Source: Gnetum montanum (taxonomy: Eukaryota > Plantae > Gnetophyta). From it: a DNA stretch of 64,000 bases. Location: the NCBI GenBank assembly GCA_015680685.1, contig MNCI01000651.1, positions 62,001 to 126,000 of the forward strand, written 5' to 3'. A program made the position numbers and the translations under genes. The notes below the pieces were generated by a model that was not told where the DNA came from, ran no database searches, and saw only the letters and a list, made by a program, of their open reading frames with translations. This document shows positions 53,508-64,000 of this stretch, one piece after another (positions within the stretch are counted from its first letter, which is position 1; each line of letters begins with the position of its first letter).

Positions 53508-56427
53508 TCATTAGAGGAAGTTAAGGCAAAGATTAATAAGATGTTGGAATGGACATATAAAAAGTGTGGAGAATATATTGATATTATTGGAGATAGAGTT
53601 TTGACAACCCAAAAGCAGGAAAAAACACTAGGCAATCAGGAAGAAGGGATGAAGAACACAAGAGCTCAACTATCAATCATACGTATGAATGCAATATTTT
53701 CCTATATGATCACCCCAAGGGCCAATGCCCAATCCTGTTACATTTATATGACCATTGGGGAAGCACATTACAACCAAAGTTTGTACAAAGATACTGTGTT
53801 TGATCACAGTGGCAACAATCCTAGTTGTGGGGGAAGCCACCCTTAAACTAGAGACACCCTTCATATCATCTAAATCCAAATGCTTATCTAGTCAAATACC
53901 CTATTTCTCTAACTGGGCCAACATACTCTATCTCACCACATTATCATTCTCCTCAATACTATTAGCCCATGTCCTCAACACAACCATCGCCTTGTGCACC
54001 TTACACTTATTCTAATATTCAACATTCTCATCCTTTCCCCCCTTCTACATCGCCACCAACTATTCATAAGGTGTTTGCACCATAGCAACAACCCCCAAAT
54101 GTTACTTGTGCTACTATTGCCAACAACAGTGAGAGACCTCAGCAACATCGAAGGCATCCCTTCTTTAGAAATGACCCTAAGAAGGGACAACACAATTCCA
54201 AGGCCACTGCATCTTCTCACTCAGCACAAGTCCAACACTATGATGCACCCTTATCTTCGAACCCAACACCTCATGTTACTTCATTAGGGCCACTAATTAA
54301 CACTCCAAAAACCATACGTCCCAATCAATACAACCATGGAGAGCGACGCCCTGATCTTTGCATACCATCTTATGGTCAAAAACATCATAGTGGGTCAACT
54401 CGTTATCTAGGAACCACATCTCCTAAATTGCCCCACTATGCTTACCATAATCAAGTGTGTGAACCCCAATGGGATAAATATGACTAGGTTCCAATATTTC
54501 CAACATGCAAGGATACTCATCTTCCATTTATTAATCCTTGCCATATTCAACCATTTAGTTATGGAGGATATTCCCCATTCTAGTAACAAGCAGGATTAAT
54601 AACCACTTTTTATTTTCTTTAATTTTACAACTTTTTTTTTCCAGTTTTTTATTTTTCAATTTCTTGTTTTATCTTTTTTATCTTTTTGTCTTTTTTTCTT
54701 TTTACATTTTTTATAAGTAATCTCATCTACGAATAAAATACTCATGTGGCTCGTTGGTTGAGGTGTGTTCTATGCTATCGAGTTTTAAGTGATCAATTAT
54801 GTGGATAGTAAGCCTATTACACCCACTCATCCATTATACAAATAAGAGGTTCTGATCAAGGGTATAGTGATATTCTTGAATTTTTAAAACTTAAAATTAA
54901 TTTTGTGTTCATTGTACCCAGAATAAAGAAGGACAGACCAAGAGGGAATGATTAGGATGTGAGATCAAGGAAACTTGTGGATTCTCTTTGGTGACATTTG
55001 TGAGAGTTATCATGCAACATGGTTGTACTAAGATCCTTATAGATCTAATGCAAAATGGGAGTAAGAGTAATCAAAAGGGCACTCAAAATCTAATGTTGTT
55101 CTAGGAGGCCCCAATGGAAAGACATGCACCCCATGCCCAAGGTTGGTGGCTTTTCTGGATCCAGCAATTGAAAAAAAAGGAAGAAAGAGAAAAAAAAACA
55201 CAAAGAAAGCACTACAAAACAAAAATCACTCCTCCCTTGAACAAAATTCCAAGTGATTGTATGCCTTGTTGTTCTGGTACTCTCATAGTCGCTCATCATG
55301 GAACGAAACAATGTGGTGTCACTGATAAGAGAAAGGGACTTGGTCCTAATCTTGGAACAATGGGTTAATGACACCTTAATCATGCATTACACATAGGATT
55401 CACTATGACCTAGGTTAGTTACCTCATTTCCCAATCTCTACAATCCCTTCTATAGTGATATTTACAAGGGCATTACACGTGTGTGTGTTTTGTGGAATCA
55501 ATGTGGATTACATTTAACCCTTCGAGTACCCACAGACACTTTTAAGTGTGGTTACAGAAGGGCATTATAGGTTGAAACCTACTTTGGGGAGGACCCACTT
55601 GTGTAATCTTTTGTAATTTTCACTTATGACATAGCTGACACACACCATTTATTACCCTTAGCATATTGTTTATGATATTCTTTCCCTTATTACTATCCCT
55701 CTGAATTTCAAGGTTCCTATGAACCATTAGATAGCCTTTTTCTCTACCATACAAGGTTCTTATTGATAAATTCTACACCATCATAATTTTCGTGCCTTCA
55801 AAACTAGTTGAATTACCCTGGAACCCTTTAACAATCATCTAGATGTCCTTAGTTTACATCGTTTAATTTCAAAGAAATATTAAAAATTTAGTACATTCCC
55901 TAAGTTCCCTAACTTCGACGAAAATATATATACATGAACCCCTTGTGCTAATTAACATCATTTGCAACTGTTCAAGTAGGGGGAGTTTTTCAAATTCCTC
56001 TCTACGTCTCACGATTGTGCATCCCTTGCTTTCATATCCATAACTTGCTCGCTGGTACACCGATTTTCATTTTGTTTGAACCTACTTGAACCTGGAGTGT
56101 TCAACTTAGTCATGGGGGAGGGGCACACACTGAATAGTGCATAAATTTTTTGAAATTCATCATCGCCTGAAGGACATCTTTAATGTTAATTTTTTGTAAA
56201 ATTAAGAATAAAATGTGTCAAAAATAATTTGATCCCCTTAGCTATACTAGAAAATTAAATTTGGAAACCACCAAAGCAAAGAGGAATTAACATTATAATC
56301 TTTCGGGGACATGTTCTTCCAATGATTAACATCACATAGAAATAAAGTAAATCTATTAAATAAAGTAGTAAGGTATAGCCTAACTTTGGTAACAACCTTA
56401 CTAATGATTGGCCCCGTGTGATTGCAG

Positions 56428-57184
56428 ATGGTCTCGAAATGTAGAAAACAGGAAGGTCCTAATCAAGGTGCGATCAAAAGACCTAGGAGAGGTGAAGGAC
56501 AAGTTCCTTCCGAACAACATGTAGAGTAGGAGGAAAAATTATTTAGTATCCACCAAGAAGACCCTCCTACTGTATAGTCTAGGCAAGTAGAAGGAGGAGC
56601 TGTTGCAGCGCCTGAACAGGGACAACATCTTACGTTGCCCCAGGATTGTGTTTAGGCTATCCACAAAAGGTCCACATTCATTGTGGTGATTATAGAATTA
56701 AATTTTGAATATTTTGCAGAGTTTACTCCTGAGACTGTTAGGGATCACCTCAAAGGATCCCCATTATGGCCTGCCCTCTCTGAAATCAGTTCCTGGTACT
56801 TAGGGGAAATGTACCAATTTTGGCACAATAAAGAAGAAGGCACCACAATTAAAAATTGTGGTGTGACTGTTGATTTCTCTATTTAAGCCATGTTTGAAAG
56901 TATTAAACCTTTTGAATATAGGGCCAAAGGTTGCTTAGAACCAGCTGGACACTTTCAAAACTAAGCAACTTAATAAACTGTTGACATATAATAAAAGGGT
57001 GGTGGAAGAAAAAGAGAAGGCTGACTGGGGTGCCTCTATGGCACAAGTGCAAACTTATGCGCATGCTAACGAACTCAAGGCCTTACAAGAGGAGAAACTC
57101 CAGGCTCGGTTCAACGCCATCAAATCCCAAGTCCTAGAGTGCAAGAAAAAGGAAAGACACCCATGGAGGAGCCACCACCACTAG
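56428..57184 (+). pseudogene. Internally deleted 3' extra ORF of H, preceded by a splice acceptor
   Basis: TTGCAG|ATG at 56427/56428; WYLGEMYQFWHNK matches WYMEKTYLFWNNK of D. Confidence 0.65.
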
Positions 57185-58249
57185 GAACTACATGAGTTCC
57201 ATTCAATTTTGTAAATATAGGATTTTCTTTTTTCTTGTGTCTCAATTTTGTTCTGACTCCACACTATGGCATGAATCCATTCTAGCCAGTCAATAATCTC
57301 ATACCTATCCACTATGTAATCAATGGAGCTTGTTATCACTTTAACTCAAGGACGAGTTTTCATTTAGTCATGGGGGTATGATGAGTCATGAATTTTTCGA
57401 CTGCTGCAATATCGCACCCATCATATCGCACCTATGATATTACATCCGTGATATCATAGCTGACGTGATATCATGTACACGATATCACAGCCTATCTCCT
57501 CATCTATAAATAAGAGGTAGAAAGATCCATAGGAAGTCAGTTTTTAGAGTTATGTTTAATTTTAGTTTTGCTTTTCTTCTTAACCCTTTTCCTCCTAGTG
57601 TATTCCCACAATGTGGTGATTGTAATTATACGACATCCTTTATTCGAGTGTGACATACTTGGACACGCACATGACCAGAAATAAAGATCAAGATTACTTC
57701 ATCATTGCAACATTCACTTAGTTTAAATAATAATTTAATTAATTGTTATTTAATACTTTCTTAGTTAATATATCTCACCCTTAAAATCTTGTTAAACACG
57801 GAATGAGTACAACTTGATTACAAGCATTTAAGTGTGACTACTTGGTAACCCAATAGCGTACCTAGGATCTATGCTTGGTAATCCTAGTAGTAGTCACGCA
57901 CGTAATCCAAGGTGTGTACAGATAATCGAGGAATGGATGCTCATCGCACTTAGGCTAACTAAACTCTCTCTTACCCTTTCTCTCTTAGCTTAGTTAATAT
58001 TACCTTCCATTGCCTTCAGGAGGAGCATTAGGTTAGAAATCCATCATACACCTCACTCTAGACTAAACCATACATGACAAAGCTAATACTACTCTAGGTG
58101 GGAAGACAACGAACTGTGACCTAAGGCTAACTATCTAGATGCCACAACTAGTCCGTCTATGAAGTTCGACCGGATCATGCATGTAACGCTTGTATTCGTA
58201 TGGTTGAGTGTAGGGGTACCTCTCCATTCATCAGCTACAATTTAAATGA

Positions 58250-58320
58250 AATGTTGGCCTAGTGGTAAGTGTCATCGCCTAGTAAACCTAGGTCATATGT
58301 TCAATACTATTGGATAGTGT
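58250..58320 (+). other. Degenerate tRNA-like/SINE-head fragment (Pol III A and B boxes)
   Basis: A box TGGCCTAGTGG (58255) and CpG-decayed B box GTTCAATAC (58299) at tRNA-like spacing. Confidence 0.3.
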
Positions 58321-61300
58321 TAAGTTAGAAATTTATAAAAACGTTTTCTATAAAATAAATTCTAAAATATTTCCAATGGATCTAAGGGATCTGAGTGGAC
58401 ATAAGTAAACATTTGAGTTTTATTTTTTGCATAATAAGTTAGAAACTAATTTTTTATATTTATCTAACAAAGCTCACTACGAAAAATTAATAAGTTATTT
58501 TACTTATACTTAATAAATGATCAACTTCTTATTTTAGCTATATTCTATAAATTTCATGTTACTCTTTCATAGCTCCTTCTACTAGTAAGTTCTATGTCTT
58601 ACAATCATTATGATAGTAAACAAACAACTTTATGAAAAATGATATTTAATAAATTTTAACTATCTATAAACATGCTTCCCCAAACTACTACATTGAAAGA
58701 ATAACATTATATAGAATTGTGACCTTAAGAGAACAATATATTATTTTCAGTTCAAATTCAAAGTTTAAAATAACATTTGTTCCATACTATGGCTATTTAG
58801 AATTGACACTTATTTAAGCTATCCCATTGAATAAGGATAGTAAAAATTAGCTAAACCTTTACATATAAAGAAAATAACTCTCTCCAAAGTAGCTAGATAC
58901 TAGTATAAAATGTCTAATAATGTAGCTAAGTAAATAAATAATCCATGAAATAATAGAATCTTGATCCAAAATGATAAGATAAAGATAAAGTGCAACCTTT
59001 ATAAAATGCCATTCAGAAAAAATATCTAGTATACCTTTTTAATGTTCTTCATAAATCTTTCTTTTTCTTCCTTTATAAAACTTTCCTCAAGTTCTTATTA
59101 TACACTAGTTTGGATGGTTACACCAATTATAAAAATAAATGTAAGTTATGTCATTACCACCCTAACAGTTTCTTCACATAGTAATAGATTATCAGATACA
59201 TGCTAGAATGAGTTGAAGCTCTCATGATATTCTGAATTAATTAACCTTCAATGGGCATTTCTTGGAAAATTTTAACATAATTATAAACTATTTTTATTTC
59301 CAAATTGAGTTCCTTAAGTTTTTATTCATTGAGCATTTGAATTACTTATTCAACACTCAATTCATGTTCATCTAGCTCAAACAATGAGCTAATTAACTCA
59401 TTCAAAGTTCCTCTTGTTATTATATAAAATTTTTTAAACTTCCTTTTATGTTGATCAAATTTATTAATCAATATAATTTCTATTATAAATTTATTATCAA
59501 ATAAACATATTTCTTAAAATAAAAAATATTTTATATTATTATGGCCATAGTTATAACTATATCATGAGCTCTTTGATTCACTTGTAAAAGGCTTTTTTTT
59601 TCTTAATTTATTTTATTTCTATGATTGCTTCTTTAAGATACTATTTTTGAAATCTAAACTTTGTAATTTTCTCTCAAAAATTTGGTTGTGTAATGAATGA
59701 CATTTAGTAGCTTTATTCTTCTTAGCTTCTTATAATTCTAAGCTTATTGATGTCATTTGTTCTTCAAATTATTTGTATGTCTATTGTTTGATTTTGAGGA
59801 AGGATTTATTTATTATAATATCAACCTTTATCTATTCATTAATCTCTTTATAATTATTAAATTGTTTCTTCAGCCTATTAATATCCTCTTCATTCTATAT
59901 CAAAAATTTCTTGAGCCTTATACTTCTAGCATTAGCTACTTGAGCCATGTCTTTTATTATAACAATTATAGTCCCCAACATGCCTTGATAAGGGATGTAA
60001 AGCTTTTGTTCATCTATTAATGGCTTATCTTCTTTATAAGTAAAAATAAGACTTACTTTTATCTCAAGTTGATCATAATGCTTTTGGCTTAAGATGATTC
60101 TTCATTTTTATACATTTACTCTAAATGATCTTGAAGATCATTTCGTAAGATAAATTAATGGAATCTCCAAAGTAGTAATAGTTAAGGATGAATATTTAGG
60201 GATTAAGCACTCATTTTAATTTTTTTCTAGTTGTTTCTATTGACATGTTAGCTATTATTATTTCTTAAGTAGGTTTTGCTATTTTTTATTTATTTTAATT
60301 TCTTGAAATTAATATTTATCATAATTTGAAATCTTAAAAATTTAGCATTGTCAAGAGGAAATCATTCATCAAGAAGAGCTTATTTATGATTGTTAAACAT
60401 CTATAATAACATAATTTTCCTTAATTATGACAATATGCTTCTTGGAAAAATACTTGGCCAATGAATGATCTTTACTCCATAGGCAATAACATAGCTTCAT
60501 AGTAAGCATATTACATAATGTTATTGTAAGCTTTATTAATAAATTTTTTTCAATTATTCCCCTCCCTTTTCCTTCACCTAATTAACCTCCATATCTATTT
60601 CTTTTTAATATATACTATTTGTATCATCAAGCTATGAGCTTTTCTACGCTTAATTGTTGAATAATTTTTTTTGGACAACCTAGCAAATCACACTACTCTA
60701 TATATCTTTTTCTCATTCCCTTCAAGTATTTAGTGTTATAAAATTTTCAAAAGCAAAATTTAATAGAAAAAAATTTCTTATGCATAAAATCATGTCTTAT
60801 AGGGCTTTCTCACATCTAACTATTCACATCCAAAGCAACCAAATATGATGCAACAAACTTACAAACTTTCTAAGTTGAAGCTTCAAAATTAGCTATTATT
60901 AAATTATAAATTCTACATGAAGGAACATAACTCCACTATACTTGTTTTTAATCTATTCCATTATCTGATAGTCTACCTATAATACTCTTTGTTCTGAGAT
61001 CATTACTTTTTCTAAAACTTCTAAGAAATGATTACTGATGACAAGAAGTAATACAATGAATGAACTATGTAGTGGAAGAAAAGAAATGCATTAATATGAA
61101 ATAATAATAAAAATATATGTTGGTGATAAAGTATAACATGAAGGATAATAACATGATTTACAAGTTTGAGTCTCCATAAATATGTATAAATGGCATGATA
61201 ACATAGGTCTAATTCATAAATATTCCATATATTCAAAAAGTAGGAGAAGAGAAATAACATCTAATATAATGTTGAAATGATAGATATATAAAAATCAAGC

Positions 61301-63236
61301 TCAAAACTAGAAAAATTACATCATAAATCAAACTTAAAATGACTCAAAAAATAATAAAAAATCCCCAATCTCCTTGCAATTTGATCAACCTTTAAATAAA
61401 ATGAGCATCAATATAAAATTGAGTAATAAAGCTTGGTACCATCTCCAACTAATAAATGGGTAGATATTGTGGAAGTTAGGAGGATTATGGTTGACCTATA
61501 AAGTATTTTAGCTCAAGTAGAATACAAAAAAAATACCTAAAATATGCAAACAAACATATAATCTTAAAGCCAAAACATCCATCCATCATACAATGGCAAG
61601 GATAGGATTTACCCACACCAACCATCATCACAAACATACAAGGTCATGTTGTTATGTATACTTTTCATACTTCAAAATAAAATTACCAAATTCTTGTATA
61701 TATGATTAGTCTTAATTAACTATAAAAATCATCTAGAAAATCATCTCTAGGATTTCCAAACCTACTAGTGCTAGAGATATCTCCTAGGACATCTCCTCAA
61801 AAGTTTTGTAGGAACAACATAATGTACCAATGAGTGATTGAATCATCCTTTTGCATAGAATGGGACCTTCTACAAATTTCACACTGATGCGTCCTCTTAG
61901 GGACCATTCATACAACCATCTCAAGGGAGCTCATCTTCAAGTAGCCATACTAAAACATCTTAAGGAAAATTTGTGTTGCAAATAGAGACGCCTAGTAGCT
62001 AGACTGTAATTGTAATTTTGATTAGATTCAAGACCAAAAATAATTTTCTTATTTTCCCATAAAAAATTTCTACCTTCTAGCCTTATTTTAGAAAAAAAAT
62101 TTGGAACCTTTTAAAATGTGTAAAATAAAATTCATGACTCACAAGCTATGAATTTTATTATGCTAGTGTATAGAAGCTAAAGAGTTAAAAATGCTAGTAT
62201 CCCATAAGATGTTGTTTTAGGTCATGAAAATTATCCAAATACACTATGTAATGGTTTAGAAAACATATGGAAATGTAACTAACATAGCAATAGGAAATTT
62301 TAGGTCTATTTCAGCAGGTTAACCCCATTTCTAGATCTTTTCTATACAATGTTTGGTAAAGAAATCACTTAGCAACAACAAAACCAAAAGAGACCCTTTT
62401 AGTAATGGAACAAAAATTATTATAGATTTTCATAGCCTTTTTTAGCATTTTTTAGTGTAGATCACTAAGAGCAGTAGACACAAAAGTAACATCAATTGTG
62501 AAGTAGATCAATTGAGAAACAAGTGCAAATTTAAATGTAAAACAAACATTGGTTTCTATACCAGACATTAAAAGATATTCTCTATATTCTTAGGTTTTAA
62601 AGCTAACAATATGCACTCTTTAAACATCTATTTTTAAAAATATTTATTTTTATAGTATTAAATATGATATTCTCAGTTTTTTGGCCACATTGTTTAGTAT
62701 TTATCTTAATATATTCTCAGAATTAGCATTGAATGACTAATTTATACATTTGCACTTATTTACATTTATCACACCTAGTAATAGATTTTCTAAGTACTTA
62801 TGTAATCCGAAAGACTGCCTAAGGTACTTTAAATCCTTCTCAGACCCATGGTTCTTAAGGCTAAAACTATTTTGCACATATTCTCTTGGTTTTCTAGCAT
62901 TAAGTTTTTCCATCATTATAGTTTTTTGGTGCTAGAAGGAGGGTGTTTGTCTAACTTCATTAAAAATTCATCTACAAACATTTTTCTTCCTTTTTTTTCT
63001 TTTTCATAGTAGCATAATTAACAAAACAAAAACTTTTTGGGTTTTTTGTAATTCCAACATTTTGCACTATTGTCAGTTTTCATTGTGAGATTTGAAAAAT
63101 TTTAATTAAAAATTATTTTTTCTATTTTTATCATTGAAATGGATAGGGCTATCCTTGTTCCCTATATTTTTATTATTTAAAAATTATTTTCATAGTTGCA
63201 ATATGTAGCATTTTTCCTACATTGTACATTTGTAGT

Positions 63237-64000
63237 TGATGGGACGTGATATCGCATGGGCCGTGATATCGCGTCATCCCCTGTGATATCGTGGTGTGCC
63301 GCCAAGTCTATAAATAAGAGGCGGCTCTCCCTTGTTTCTCATCCTAGGCTTAGACCATAGTGAAAATCTGGTAGTTTGATCCCTCCAGAGATAGAATATT
63401 TTTCATGTGCCCGCAATAGGAACTCCAAAATGAACGGATCTTTATTCGAGCAGACATTGTACCTGAACACAAGTTTGCGGCAATAAAGATGAAATTCTTG
63501 GATAAACCTTGTAGTGCATGGAATAGGCTAATTGGGAATTTATTTATTATTATTTATTATTCATCATTTAAATTCTTTGTTAGTAATTAAATCTCTCTCA
63601 ATCCTTCTCTCCTAGTTAAGTGCCTCAGTACGACCACTTCGAGCACGTGTGTTACACTTGGTGATCCCAACAACGATTAACGTTTGGTAACCAAGGTTGC
63701 ATCGGTTTATGGTGTGAATGGTAAGTGGGAATGGATGATGAAACTAGGTTAATTAAGGCTTAGTTAGTTAGTTAGAGTTATTTAATTATTCTCTTCAACC
63801 CTTCACCTCTTCGCATATGAGATAAAATAGAAAAGACATAAAAATCATATACCTCAGAATTCCTTAACCATACAACCGTGACAACTACAAGTAAGTCTGG
63901 GAAGACAATGAATGATTAACCCTAAGTGTTCCATGAGGCATGTAGGCACTTAGTCTACAGAGTTCTACTAGATCGCACATGCTACGCTCATATTCGTATG
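63237..64000 (+). repeat. Athila-type LTR I (same family as G), cut by the window end
   Basis: TGATGGGAC start, GATATC palindromes, TATAAATAAGAGG; colinear with the reverse complement of G. Confidence 0.88.

Larger units (their letters stand above)
51615..58233 (+). mobile_element. Complete non-autonomous Athila-like element H (LTRs 51615-52462 and 57379-58233; TSD GCTAC)
   Basis: Paired TGATG..CATCA LTRs, GCTAC on both flanks, PBS, gag, no pol, short 3' ORF, PPT. Confidence 0.93.

Noticed and set aside
58500-63236. MuDR transposase or minus-strand chromovirus gag/LTR remnant
   Set aside because: Only faint, mutually inconsistent motifs in very AT-rich decayed sequence; cannot be assigned without a profile search

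Overview
Gene-free, plant-type heterochromatic window made almost entirely of nested Ty3/Gypsy LTR retrotransposons. Each 3' LTR is followed directly by the interrupted body of the next, older element: Tat/Ogre-like A (1-3478) sits in Tat B (3479-13196), in Tat C (13197-29725), in Athila-like D (29726-33625), in Tat E (33626-46939), in Tekay-type chromovirus F (46940 onward). The LTR/flank of F carries a solo Athila-type LTR (49507-50529, TSD ATTAT) and a complete non-autonomous Athila-type element H (51615-58233, TSD GCTAC). Another Athila-type LTR starts at 63237. The Tat family (RT-RH-aRH-INT) has an unusual design. (1) gag-protease and RT are separated by a 5-6 kb phase-1 intron. (2) In B and C this intron holds a multi-exon antisense gene with conserved intron phases. 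It encodes an apparently inactive FCP1/NIF (CTD-phosphatase-like HAD) domain fused to a Transposase_32/ATHILA-ORF1/PMD-like domain and a coiled coil. (3) Arrays of RNA hairpins with variable, covarying stems and a conserved 11-nt loop (NGRCNNWAAAC) lie only inside predicted introns. (4) Lineage-specific AGCGTA-core motifs are shared by the LTR and the intron. All copies carry inactivating mutations. All domain calls come from motif recognition by eye, not from database searches.
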